A stretch of 61,867 bases of DNA, counting the filler, from Chiloscyllium plagiosum (lineage: Eukaryota), in NCBI RefSeq assembly GCF_004010195.1. It is 4 parts of one record of this genome, joined end to end, with 100 filler letters (N's around TTAATTAATTAA, not from the genome) between each part and the next. Parts side by side here need not be neighbours in the genome. Positions count along the whole stretch, not along the records: positions 34,289 to 58,464 come from NC_057713.1; 3 more parts are not named here. One strand, 5' to 3'. The notes under the pieces were generated by a model. That model did not search any database, was not told where the DNA came from, and worked only from the letters and a program-made list of their open reading frames with translations. The position numbers were made by a program, and so were the translations under genes. Positions 36,326 through 49,872 of the stretch are shown piece after piece (the stretch's first letter is position 1; every line of letters begins with the position of its first letter).

Positions 36326-37439
36326 TTTTGAATGTTTCCAACAGCCACTTTACATTCCTCCTCAGATATAAACAATTCCCTTATGACTGACTCTCTTATC
36401 CTTTCCTTCCCTTTGTAAGTGTTAGGGCTGCCCATGGTTCTTAGTTAACATAAAATGTCTGCCTGAGGTTTTTAGTTGACATAAAAATAGCTACAGAAGA
36501 TTATTAGCTGAAGCAGTAATTTATAGTCAGAATTATGGCGTTCATACTCATGGCAACCAGATAAGATAATAAAATGTCTCAGAACTCACACAATCGGGTC
36601 TTATTAAGAAGGAGCAAAAATGTAGCCATTGCTTACATTGAGAGAGTTTTGATAATAGGAGCACTGGCAGAACCCATCCTTGCAAGCTAATTTAAAACTT
36701 TGCTTTTAATGTGGAAAAGAAGGGCAACAGCTTGAGTCACATTGGTTAAAATCCTTCAGGTGATTGTAATCACACATACATATATATATCATATATAATA
36801 TATTTCAAAATAGTATTTTAATGTATACAACATCATGAGATTTGTTTGGATTCCTCTAGAGTCAGCTTTAGACATAGAAACTGTCTTGATAAGAAACACC
36901 CTTGAAAAGCCTTAAAAAGAGGTCCCTTTTCCAGCCCATTCAAAGTTTGTTATTCAGTAAAGATTAGAAGAAATAGCCTGATCCCACGATAATTAAGACT
37001 CTTTACGTAATTATCATTACGCATGGTATAAACTACATAGATGTGCTGAAGTTCTAAATTCAATCACCACACTAACATGAAGGAATTTAACTGAATATCC
37101 TGTGGACAGACAGCCTTCAACAGTACGGAGACGCTCCCTTCCTGTTAGCAGGGAGGATTGAATAACAGATGGGGAGAAATCAGCAATATTGGAATATAAT
37201 TGAATAAGGTGCATTGTGAAAGGCAAGGATTGGTGACAAAGATGTCTGGTAAGCATCATGAGATCATGGGAAGGCCTGGATTGTCTATCATTGACCATGC
37301 AGTCACATGATTACCTTGATTGGATGTGTATATAATCAATTAACAATACAATTGGTTTGTTATAGTTAAAAGTGGGCTGAAAGCAAATGTATAAAAATTT
37401 CTACCTTTTCTTTGTTAATTAAAGAAGCGTCTGGAGGTT

Positions 37440-38900
37440 TTCTTCCCACTAGTGTAACATCAATACACTCTCTGATGTTGGAAGTGGACTCCAGGTGTTG
37501 AGTCATTCTGCCCCCACAGTCCAAACCCAGTATTGAACCTTCTTTAGACTGCCTCCAATATATATTTCCTTTGATCAGGGAACCAAAACTGATCCAGCTG
37601 TGATCTGACTTGTGCCTGTATCATTTTAGCAAGACCTCCCTAATTTATATTCTATTACCTTTGAAATATAGGCAAGCATTCCATTTGCCTTCCATATTAC
37701 CCACTGAAACTGGATGCTAGCTTTTTGTGATTCATGCACTAAGACCCCCAAATCTCTTTGTGCTGCAGCTTTCTACAATCTTTCCCCATTTATATAGCAT
37801 TCAGTTCCTCTGAACTTCCTGCCTAAGTGCATAATGTAAAATTCAAAGTTTTATATTGCATTGTCTAAATGTTTGCCCACTCAATTAACTTGTCTCTGTC
37901 CCTCTATAGTCTCTATTTGACTTTCAACCTATTTTTTGTATTATCTGAAAACTTTGTAACAGTACATTCATTTTCATCATCTAAGTCATTCATATACTAT
38001 AACTAATTATGGCTCAATGTTTGATCCCTATGGATCAGAATAATGATGAGTAGACATTCTGAAAATACCAATGTCCTCTTCTCTTTATTATTTCTTTCTT
38101 CCTTCCACTCATTTGGACTCTACATCATCCAATCTAAGGTAGTTTCTTGCTGATGTACTCACTCTACCTTGTATTAACAAAACTAACCCACTACCCTTCT
38201 CTTCCTGCCTATCTTTTCGAAAGATCACATATAGTTGTACATCTACTTACCTGGAACCACATCTCTACGCTGACAATAAGATCCTAACAATTAACCTCTA
38301 TTTGTACTGTTAATTCACTTATTTTGTTCTGATTACATTCTATATTCGTGTCAAGAGCTATTAATTTTGCCTTTAACCTCACATTTGCTACTTTTTGTTT
38401 GCCTGTATAATTCTGCCCCTCCCTATTCCTTTATGGGTATTAATATTAAAATAGTTGATCTGCAATGCCTCCAAAATCTTTTGCTTTGCAAGCCTAATTT
38501 CTTTCCCTCCCAAATCCTACCCTCTCCAATTACTTTAAAGTCCTATCTATAACCTGAATTATTTAATCAACCAGGATGATAGTTGCAACCCCTCTCAGCA
38601 TTTTTCTGCTGACTGGAACAACTTTCTTCTTCGTCAGTACTAGTGCCAGTGTCCTGTGAAATGAAACCCATTCCTCTAATACCGATCTTTAAATCACAAC
38701 TTAATTCCTTGAGTTCATTGACCCGATGTGAATTTGCCTGTGGCTCACATAATAATCCTTAGCTTGTCACCTTGGAGTTCTCTGAACTGTTCAAAATCTC
38801 TCAGCAGAACCTCCTTTCCAGTCTTATCATGACCTTTAATTCCAAAGCCTAGCCTCAAGGAATCGTCCTTAATCCTGGCACCAAACAGGCAATGCAGCCT
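37440..38900 (-). mobile_element. Very old CR1 fragments
   Basis: Similar to 4560-4940 and to the CR1 ORF1/ORF2 junction. Confidence 0.5.
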
Positions 38901-39149
38901 TTGGGACTCACACACACATGGCTATAGAGCACAGTCTGTACCTCCTAATTATACTGCTCCTAATGTAACCACTGTTGTTGCAATCGTGGCAAACAAGAAA
39001 ATCTTACATTCATCAATGAAATAATGACTCTTTAATCTAGTTGTTTGAGTTTCTGTTTTAGTGGTATTTTATGTTACAGCAGAAATGACTGGAGGTTGGT
39101 GACTGGGCTATCATACTGTTACCAAACACTCTTGTTAAGCTGAGTCTAA

Positions 39150-39470
39150 AAGCTTTTTTCTTCATTCACAGCATTGTTGGCTTGGACAGCATTTGTTGCC
39201 CATTTTGCCCAGTTTAGAGTCAACCACATTGCTATGGGTCTGGAGTCACATGTAGGCCAGACCAAGTAAGGATGGCAGTTTCCTTCCCTAAGGGACATAA
39301 GTAAACCAGATGGATTTTTCTGATAATTGAAAATGGATTCATGGTCATCATGAATCTTAAATCCAGACTTTTTAAAAATCAAATTCTACCCTTTGAATCT
39401 GGGTCCCCAAATATTATTGGTGTTTCTGGAATGACAAGCCAGAAATAATATGACTATACCATCACCTACC
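39150..39470 (-). mobile_element. tRNA-derived SINE sharing both head/body and tail with LINE-B
   Basis: Body matches 50020-50160; tail matches 53320-53390. Confidence 0.8.
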
Positions 39471-40952
39471 CACTATGGAAGTATATATTTTACAGTGGTA
39501 GAGGATCAAACACTGCTGAGTCCTAACAAGAGGCACTCGTCTTACACAGCATGATAACTAAAGTTACATGACAGATTGATGTTTTAAAAATATAGGCACT
39601 ATTTATACACAGGCAAATATGTTAGTTAGTGGCACATCCACATTCTGACAAAAAGTTACTAAACTCAAAATATTTTTCTCTTTCTCTCTCCACACATGCT
39701 GCCAAACCTGTTGATTTTCCCCTTACATTGATTAATTAGGCTTAAATTAAGAATCCTGTCAGGGGTGAGAGTTGACTCTGTTGAAAAGTCATACTATATT
39801 ACTTCTGCTCCCCACAAAGACAGTGTGATGTCATTAGTTTAGGTGGATCTTAATGTTTTAACATTAACTCTTTCAGAACAACTACCTCATACATGGCCTT
39901 AGACATTTACCCACAGTTGACATTTGTATACTGAAGTATATAATTATATTTACATTTACCATAATTCCATTTCCTTCCTAGACCTGACATCACAAATTCA
40001 GGCAATGTAGTGGTTTTGCACAGTTCTTCCAGAATGTGTTCTCTTTTGACTGGGAAGGTCATTAAATGCTTTGCTTGAGGCATTTATTTTCTTATCAACC
40101 TGTTCAGAGATGTTATGATATACCTCTGAAGCAGGTCGGACATGAACCCAGTCTATGAGGAACATTATCAAATACTTTAGTGAGGTCCATGTAAACAACA
40201 TCTACTGCCTCACTGTCACAATCACTTTCATCACTTCCTCAAATAAGTCAATCAAGTTTGAGAGACAAACTAACTATCTCAAAAATTCTTCTCCAAGTGA
40301 AAGTAAATTCTGTCCTTAAGGATCTTCTCCAATAATTTCCCTGTCATTGATGTAAGGCTGAATATAATTTTCTGGATTATCTCCATTGCCTTTCTTGAAC
40401 AAAGGATTAACACTGGCTATTCTCTCATCTTGTGTGACCCCAGCTGCAGCTGAAGAGAATACAGAGATTTGTATCCTATCTCCTCTCTTGCAACCTTCAG
40501 TATTCTCAACTAGATCGCATCAAAACATGGTGACATATCCTGAAACATAGAGTTGAGGTAACTCTTCCCCTCCCTGATGTGTCATAGTGTTCAAAGCTTA
40601 GACTTCAGCTCATCAACTCTGAGTTGAAGTTTTTCAAGCAACCAATACTTGTTAAAGATGTGGTCATTATGAACCATCATGGAGTCCACCAGTTCCAATA
40701 TCACATAGGTGCAACTCATCACATTGCCTTGATTCTCTGTTTTATTTACCTAGTTCTTAATTTGATTTTCAAACATTTTCTACTGGTCTTTTAGTTTGTA
40801 ACCTGTAAATATTTCCCCTATATACTTTCAATCTGACAGTAAACTATAATAGATAGTTAGCTTAGAGCTATTACCAATGGATGAACTTACAATTTAGATT
40901 TAGATTCATTTAGTATTGTCACTTGTACTGCTGTGAAAAATGCATAATGTTG

Positions 40953-41278
40953 CCACGTGGTGGCTCAGTGGTTAACACTGCTGCCTCATAGTGTCAGGAA
41001 CCCAGGTTTGATTCCCGCCTCGGGTGACTGTTTGTGTAGAGTTTGCACGTTCTCCCTGTGTCTGCATGGGTTTCCTCTGGGTGCTCTGGTTTCCTCCCAC
41101 AGTCCAAAGATGTGCAGGTTAGGTGAATTGGCCTTGTTAAATTGCCTATACTGTTAGGTACATTGGTCAGGGGTAAATGTAGGGGAATGGGTCTGGGTGG
41201 GTTACTCTTTGGAGGGTTGATGTGGACTAGTTGGGCCAAATGGCCTGTTTCCATGCTGTAGGGAATCTAATTTAAAAA
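40953..41278 (+). mobile_element. HE1-type SINE
   Basis: Closely matches 23228-23558. Confidence 0.92.
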
Positions 41279-43449
41279 ATCAGGCAATTATTGAATAAAT
41301 TATACATACGATAAAGTACTGAATAAATTAATGTTACTAAAATTGAAACAGCTTCAAAAGTTCATCTTTCCCTCTCTGTAGCCTTCACCCTCTTTGTTCT
41401 TCTAGTCACTGTCATCTGACATTGTCCCCGGGGTCACTCTTCCTTTTGTGTTAGGCCCCCAATCCTAGGCTTCAACTGATCCTGTAAAAAGAACTTATAA
41501 AATATGAACCATAAAAGTAAACAAAAATTACCTCTTCCCTTTTGTACTGACTTCTCATGCTGCCTCTAAATTTCCCCACTATATATTCACTCGGGTCGTG
41601 TCTCACTCCGGATATGATCTCTCTTTCCTGACTGTGTACCCTTCTTCAGTTGTAGCGAAGGCTGCCCTTAACATATTGAGCCAGGACCCCCTGACCAAAA
41701 CTCTCCTCCTTGTTTTGACTGAAGCCTACTGACAACCATGACAAGTTTCCTGTCTTTATGTCTGTGCTAAACAGCAAGATAAGACAGGGGCTACATGCTC
41801 CTGGTCTCTCTGGCTGAGGACACAAAATACAAAGAGGCAAGATAATGTAAGTTGAGTTTTCTCAAAGGCTTGATCAGTTTGGTAAGATAGAAAGCTGAAT
41901 ATTGACAAGGTGAGTTGGGCCATCAACAGAGGGTCTAACAAACTATAATTCCCCTTAATTTGTAGCTCGTCATTGCCTAGGGAGAAATTCACATTGCTGC
42001 TTGTCAAAAGCATACAAGATGAGAAGCTCAATTGTTGAGATGTGACTTGCCAGACTCCTCATCTGATTCTGCAACAAATCTTGCCAAAGCCAATGTCGCT
42101 CTGACTCTTATGTGACATTCTGTCTCCACACTAGCTGACCATCACTTTTTGCTTGCTAATACCTGCAGTATTCTTGTTCAATGTTCATATATGGAAAGTC
42201 TTGTGAGTTGTTGCTGCTTCTCAAAGTATGACCTATTCGTTGTGCCCATTAGGAATCTGTGAGGATGCTACTTATCATGTTCTTTATCTGATAGCAAATT
42301 CAAGGCAGAACCACTGCCGCAGTGACCACTGTAGATGTTCCTCCGATGACAAAATGAACTTTGTTGATTGGCCTGTTCTAAGTTGTTTCAAATCTCTAAG
42401 AAGGGTGTATGCCAACTTAAAGAGGATGGGCTTACATCTGAACAAACATGAACCGTGCACAAACCTTTCTGCAAGATTCCAGTTGTTCCTAGTTTGAACT
42501 TACTTTGACTGGCTGCTGAACATGGTTTACATAGATACTGTATTTATTAATCAATAGTACATTGTTTCCATGAACACTGAAAGAATAAAGTCACTATTAC
42601 CTTTATTGTGGCAATGCTTTGACAAAAGATTGTTAGTGAAGTCAAGGATAGCATATTTCCTTCAAGTGTGAGAAGATTCTATCAACTGCATTATTCTATA
42701 ATGAGGTAATCTACATAGTTACATCAAGTGCTGAAAAGAATTCATTCACTTTTTACATGTCGCAAGAGATTTCATCTTGCTATCTTATAATGATGCAATA
42801 CACTTATAATAGTGTAATGAGTGCTATTAGTGAAGCAGAATTGGATCCCAAAACATCACATGCAATTAACTGTCAGCTAATGAGCAGATGTTTTTATATT
42901 AATGATAGCTTTAACATCTGTTAGCCTTCATAACACACAGTAAGATGTCAGAAAACATACTTGGAAATGAGAAGTTTATAGTTTTAACCTTCAACAGCTT
43001 TTCACAATGGAATTTCTGCAATATTCCAAGCAACAGAAGCTTATTAACGTTTGAACTGAATGTAATCAATGGATAAATAAAGTAATATGTGCGAACAATT
43101 GACGTTGCTTTGATAGGTCTATACATGGCTGCTCAGCTGGCTAGTGTCACACAAGGGGCACACAACCTGAGTACATTCAGATTAGTTTGCTCATAAGCTT
43201 GAAAGAAGTGAAGGATGTTGGATGATTTTATAAATGATCATCTCCGTCAAACCAGGACCAGATATTGAAAAGTCAGAAGATGAGGAAAACATCTTAAAAT
43301 ATGAAGGCACAGAATCTGATTGAGAAAACTGAATGTGAAGTTAGAAGTCTATCTGAAATATATCTCCACGTACATCTGTACAATCTTTGCATGGACAGAG
43401 CAAGCACAAAGCAATACTTGATCACTAATAATAGCTCAGCAATGCTCAG

Positions 43450-43750
43450 TTTAAAAACTCAGAATAAAGAGGTACCAACTTAAGACTGAGGTGAGGAGGA
43501 ATTTCTTCTCTAAGGGGGTTATACGTCTCTGGAACTCCTTGCCACCGAAAGTTGTTGGAACAGAGTCCTCCTGAATATTTAAGGCTGATATAGATTGATT
43601 CTTGATCAGTAGGGGGATTCAGGGTTATGGGAAAAAGGCAGGAAGTTATGAGGAATATTGGAATATACATGATCCTATTGAATAGTGGGCAAACTCGAAG
43701 GGCCAAATAGCCTATTCCTGTCCCTATTTATTCATGGTCTTGCGGTCTTA
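43450..43750 (+). mobile_element. CR1 3' end (old)
   Basis: gaggtgaggaggaatttcttctct...ctcgaagggccaaatagcctattcctg. Confidence 0.7.
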
Positions 43751-43934
43751 CAGATTGACATCTATTCATGAATGAAAACAAGCAAAGATGTGTTCAGTAC
43801 TGGACTTTGTCTCTGGTTGAACTTCAGATACAAGAAGTCAGAAGAATGGTGATAATGGCTGACCTGAGCATCAAGACAAGCAAAAATTTCATGATGGACC
43901 TGCAGAAGAACTTCAGGGCTTAAAAACATATCAG

Positions 43935-44065
43935 TAAAAGCAGTATACTGCAGTCCTGGAAACCTGAAACAAACACACAGAATGCTGGAAAACTCGATCG
44001 GTCTGGCAGCATCTGTGGGAAGAAAGCAGAGTTAATGTCTGAAATATGGTCACTCTTCATCAGAA
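43935..44065 (-). mobile_element. Penelope pLTR remnant
   Basis: aatgctggaaaactc...ggtctggcagcatctgtgg...cttcatcag. Confidence 0.6.
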
Positions 44066-46409
44066 CTCTATTCTTAGGGGCTGGCACATGTTAGTTATCA
44101 ATGTGGGATGTTTGTGGCTAGCCCTGAGATATTGGTGCCGAGTGCCCAACATAGAAGTTATTGGAAGCTCAAACTTCAAAGCACCTGCTTGATTGTGTTT
44201 TCCCAATATTTAGTTTGATGGGTGATTATTTGGATAAAAATAGTGTGCAAGGGTACAGGGATAAAGCATAGGATTGACCTTGGGTTCCACCTTACATTTC
44301 AGTTGTAATTAGTGAAACTTTGTAAAACCAAACAGTTTCAACCGAATCAAACAGTTTAAATCAGAAAATTTAATCAAAATATTGCTGCTTTAATTGTTAC
44401 ACTCTGTCCCTATCATCAGGGGACTTGCACCTAAAGCTGTTGTGAATATCTACAACAAAACCCAAACATTTTAGAATATAACTTCTAGTTTTACAAAATA
44501 AAATTAATGTGGTAGAAAATGGTAATGGTTGATTAAGAAATTGTTAGAACCAAGCCTGAAATAAAGGCAATTCAAATGTGCTTTGAATTTTTTACACTTA
44601 ACAAGTGGGAGCCATCTTCACTCAAAAGATTCACAGCTAGAAAGTTAATATCATAAAAACGTAGGTGAGCTTCCTTATCAAAAGAAATGGCGACATTACT
44701 GTTGCAGTTATTCCACTTAAAGGTATGTTATTTTTGCAGTTTTCCAAAGGTAAGGCAAGTTTTGGAATTAACAGGTATGTCATTTATGTTTTCACCTGGG
44801 ACCAGGCTATATCTGTTGCATTGTTGTTAACGTGGGTGGTACTGAGTGAAGTTAATTGTTTTGAATTCATCCTGTGAATTCAGTTAGTGCACAGCCATCA
44901 GGCAAGGCTGATGAATGTTTAGAAGTCATTAAATGCCTCAAGTTAGTTTGGGAATCTTAGAATTCCTTGGGATAAGAAATAAAACCAGACTTTCATCTAG
45001 AGTAGGCTAAATGCTAGATCAGTTGTCTATAATGCAGCTTGTGATCGGGAGCTGATACTCCTTAGAAGATAAAATTGGAAAGAGGAAACAATCACTGGAA
45101 GATTGTTCAGCTAGAAGCAATACAAAGACAGTAAATCTTGAAGTATCGGGAGTTGTTGAAGAAGTCAGGTTGCATCCAGTTTGAAGCTATTGGAAACTAA
45201 AGGTGTTTTTCTGATGTTCTGAGTCACTGAGCAGGAGTTGCACAGAGATCTATGTAATTGATGGCCACTGCTGCCATCATGTTATATGTGCTGGAATCTA
45301 AAGTCTTGAGGTCAGCAAAGAAAATGGTGAGTGACTCATCTAAAGTTTAGTGTAAAGACCTTTATGCAACATTGTAACTTGTTAGAAGCTATATCAGAGA
45401 CAATTCCATACAGCAGTGTGTTGATGTCAAGAAAAGTTAAGGTTTGTAAGATAATACAGAAGCTTTGGTTGGTGGGATGTAGAAGATAGAATGTTTATAA
45501 CATAAGTCTTTCTAAATGATAGTTTTAAATAAATAGTACTTACTTTAATCCTTTTTTGATGTGTAATAAAGTATGTTTTTATTTAAAATCGTTAAATTTC
45601 ATGGCATTGTACCATTGGTTGATTGTTTGGATTACTTATTTAAATGTTAACAATCCCTAACTATATCACAATAGTCTAAGTCTGCCTTTCAGTTTTGAAA
45701 TTTTATAGGAAAATCTGTATTCTAATCCTCTGAGACTTTTCAGTGTTAAAACAAAAAGTCAATATCTCAGCTCTCAAACCAAATTGTCAAGTCTATGTTA
45801 TTTTAATTGGATATCGTCTTAAAATAGGCTGTAAAAATAGATTGCATTTCCTTTGTGATGTGACAGTCCTTTGAAACTTTGAATAAAATTTCTTTTAACC
45901 CTCTTTTGTGTATAAAAATATTATAGAGTAAACACATTAAGCAATATAGAGGATAGGATTTCACATCTCTTCAGGATACATATATAAAGGCACTACTGAA
46001 GAAAAGCACATGCTAAAGTTGTAAATCGGGATCCTATCCAAATGGGTGGGATGGGCAAAAAGGGAATACTGCAAGGTCACTTTGGTTGGCACACTGACAC
46101 TCAAAATTTTCATGAGGCCTGGAAACGGGCAAACAACCTGCCTAATTGAATCAGGCAGGAGGTTGTGGAAAAATAGCAAGTGAACTGCAACATTTAATTG
46201 ATACAAACAGGTAGCATGCGTATCAATATACGCTGTTTGTCTTTAACCAGGAATGTGGGGTCTAACCAATGGTTTCTGAGAGGCAATCACATGAGGCTGC
46301 TCAAAAACTGGTCCAGAAAGATTCCATTTTGTTTTTGCTGGTTGCCTCAAATGGTACAGTTCTGTCACTGACCCAACTAGATCAGAGGACATGAAGTGGA
46401 GGATCGATC

Positions 46410-46550
46410 GACTGTGGAATCAAGGGTTGTGGGCATAAGGCAAGAACAGGATACTGATTGAGGATGATCAGCCATGATCATAATGAATGATGGTGCTGGC
46501 TTGAAGGGCAGAATGGCCTACTCTTGCACCTATTGTCTATTGTCTATTGA
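46410..46550 (+). mobile_element. CR1 3' end with (TATTGTC)n tail
   Basis: Matches the reverse complement of 51877-52020. Confidence 0.8.
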
Positions 46551-46719
46551 CTGCACGTAGTTCACTTTGGCTCCAAGACCTCTTAGGACTGATGTCATGA
46601 TGAGCAAGCAAGCAAGGAGCCAACCCCTCGTCTTAACAGCTATTTTGGGTTCAACATTAACACTGACCCCATTCTTTAAAAGTACGTTTTTTTGTTTCAA
46701 ACACAAGGGCTATAACTTT

Positions 46720-46852
46720 GTAGCAAATCATGATAAGAATGTGGGTAAGTGGAGTTGAAATGCCCATCAGCCATGATTAAATGGCGGAGTGGACTCGATG
46801 GGCCGAATGGCCTTACTTCCACTCCTATGTCTTATGGTCTTATGGTCTTATA
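46720..46852 (+). mobile_element. CR1 3' end with (TCTTATGG)n tail
   Basis: atcagccatgattaaatggcggagtggactcgatgggccgaatggcc. Confidence 0.8.
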
Positions 46853-47275
46853 ATAAACAATGTCCATTCTTTTCCCAAATGAAACTTGGTTCCTGTAGCC
46901 ATTATAATTTTTTCTCACCTGAGCCGTGGTTTAAAAAGATAGACCTCCCTTTTTTATTGTGGTCTCAATAATCTCTTTACACTGTTTTTTTTCTGTCAGA
47001 ATCTGTTTGTTCAACGTTTTGAATTATCTCATTTTCTCCTTGATCCTGGTTTTGCAATGTTACTGGTGCTGTGAACTCAGCTTCATTTATTACAATGTCC
47101 CTTGACTTTTTGACTGCAGCTGTGAATAGTGGCATTCAAATGTGATGGCAGCTGTATTCACGGTTAGCTGTAAATATTCAAGTTTAATTTCTAGCCTTTT
47201 CTGTCATTTCTGCATTATTGATTTAAAGGATTCCTCTTGTACATTAGATATTCCAATTTTACTCATGAACCTCTG

Positions 47276-47350
47276 ATGCTGTTCATTTCTAAGCTAAACC
47301 TCTCATTGGGAATGCACCAATGAGAGGTTTAGCTTAGAAATGAGCAGCAT
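47276..47350. repeat. Isolated 34-bp inverted repeat with a 7-nt loop
   Basis: 33 of 34 Watson-Crick pairs; the exception is a U-G wobble on the + strand. Confidence 0.9.
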
Positions 47351-49872
47351 TGCTTTCTAATGGAGTTCTGAAGTGTCCAAATGTGACTGACTTCCAGTTC
47401 ACACTTATTTTGCACTCCTCTCACCATGTTCAAAGTGATTTTGCTGTTTAATGTTGTTTCTCCATTTTTGATCTTCCTTTGTCCGATGGCTGTTTGATTG
47501 TTCAGCTGCTGACTATTTGTTGGGGTATTTATGAAAGTAACAAAATTCTTTAAAGCTGTAAATTTCCAATATTGTTACTTGTTCCACTGGAATTCTCTGC
47601 TCTTGGGTTCATTGGAAACTCGCACCATTGTTGCCTTATGGGATTAATTACCGATGGCACTGTTGCCACCATGTTGTATATCCTGCAATGCCAACCATTA
47701 AAAGTTTGTGAACATGGTAGCTTTCTGCCAGCATTCACTTTCCTTGAATGCATCTTAGGGTCTGCTTGATTTACAGTGGAAGATGAAAACTAGAAAAATC
47801 ATAATGAGAATAAACTATTCTCTGAAATAACATTCAATTCATTGCCTGATTGCAATCCTTGTACAAGTTACATGAATAAGTTAGGCATTATTACTAAGAC
47901 TTTGGGAAATCTGTAGATAAAAGTCTTCTCCCTGCAGGTTCCTCCGAAGTTCTGTATTTCCTTGCTCAGCTCTTTAGAACATTATCAGATTGGATAGAGC
48001 TTAGTATAATCTCCAATACTAACTCTTTCAGACTAGTACCATGTAAAACCCAGAGTTGTTAGTAAAGTGGCAGATGCTCGAGGTACACGAGCTTCTGGAA
48101 CTATGCTCACCCTGTCTTAGACTTCAAGGAGTTCCTCCAGGCCATGTGTGCTGCCATTTCCCTCCTGCCTGTGGGTGTTCTCTCCTTCATCAGTTGTTTG
48201 ATGGCCCACATTCCAAATGTTGGCCCAATCTGGTGATGCCCACAAACAATGACTGAATAAGTAGCAAGATCCAGCAGGCCAATTGATAGATGTCAGAAAT
48301 GTGGTCCGATCTGAGAAGCATAATTGAATCTGTAGACCTTGTACATCAATGGCTGGGACCAGCTCTTCATCATTCTCAGGGTGATACAAGTGCACATTGA
48401 AAGAGGAGGAGCAGCTGCCTTCTGCCTCTGAGTCCTTTCTTAGATGCTGAGTTGTGGGCAGCAATACCTCAAGTCACTGTGATAACAGACAGGTTTCCTA
48501 CAACTGTGAGGGAGATTCTCAATATGTTGGATTTGTCAGGCATCCAGGACCCAATAGAAGCTTATCATTTTGAGGTACACTGCTGGGTACTTTATGAAAG
48601 GGCTACTGTCTCCCTCTGCTTAATCTGAAATAAGGATGCACTATATTTTGATGATGTTTACTTTCCATTACTTGTTGGCTTCTACAACCTAAGGAATACA
48701 GTAGCTCAATCCAGAGACTGATTAGTCGAGGTACAACCACTGAGATCCTCACTTTTCCTTTGTATTATATGGAAGTATTACTGGGGCAGAAAGAGAATGC
48801 TTTACTGGCATAAGCTATCAGTTACCAGGATTCATCTGAAATATTCCCAGAATGGCCGGTCCTCAGTCTCCTTGTCCTTATATCTTTACACCTCTCCTGT
48901 TGTTCTTGACATGCTATAAGCTGCACTAACAGGATGGCAGCATCCGCCATATACTCATCATCAGAGGAAGCAATATGTTGTCATTATTGTTCAATTACTC
49001 TTCCCTCTCTTAGGGCCAGGTTGTGTACATGTTTTAAAATAGATGAGTTAATGTTGACTGATCAGGGAAATAAACCAGTGAATGGCTGTCATCTTTTTAT
49101 TTGAGTGATGTCATCAAATATATCTGCCTCTTCTCTTAATTCTGTTGTCTTAAGATATGATTTGCTATGAAGCATAGAGAATAAAGAAATGTGTTCACTT
49201 TGCACTCTCTGGGTTTATTCTGCAATCATCAAGTAATTCTCTATTGCATGACTTATCTCTTCCATGAAGTCAAGTTTAATTTCTTGCCTGAACTCATTCA
49301 TACTTTAAATCTGATTGGAGGTGTAATACTGTCTCTAGTGTTACCAGATTTAATTGCTGTTGCTTCTGTTATTTAAATCATGTACTTGAAAGCTGTTGCA
49401 GGACTTTATTTTGTAGACGTAGCTTGCTTTGCTGTTCATTGTTCTAACTTCCATAAGAATTTCAATTGCAGTAAATGTTGAGCTCTTCAGTGATGTTTTA
49501 CTTATTTAATAAAGGTGAATTGCTAATTTTTGAAGAAGCTTTGTTGATTTAATAAAGATTTTTAACTTCTATGCTCTTATTTTCCTTTTCAGAATTTTGC
49601 TTAACTTCTGTGAATTAAAGTTGTAAATGTTATAAATGTTGAAGAATTATAATTTTATTTGTACTGAAAACGTTATTCTCAATTTTTAAAGATAATAAGG
49701 AGTAGGGATTTATATCGATTCTTTCATAAATGGAATCAGATTCTCCCCACGTATTTTGTCAAGAACACCTTATAATTTGGAATACCTCAATCACATCTCC
49801 TCTAAGCCATCTTTTCTCCAAGAAAAAAAATCATAATCTGTTCAATCAAGCTTTACAACTAAAGCTTCTCAA

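Noticed and set aside
44650..45667. Possible third solo LTR
   Set aside because: AATAAA and a ...TCACA end are present, but no matching TSD or clear 5' terminus was found.
48050..48960. Possible decayed DNA-transposon coding region
   Set aside because: No catalytic motif or terminal inverted repeats could be recognised.
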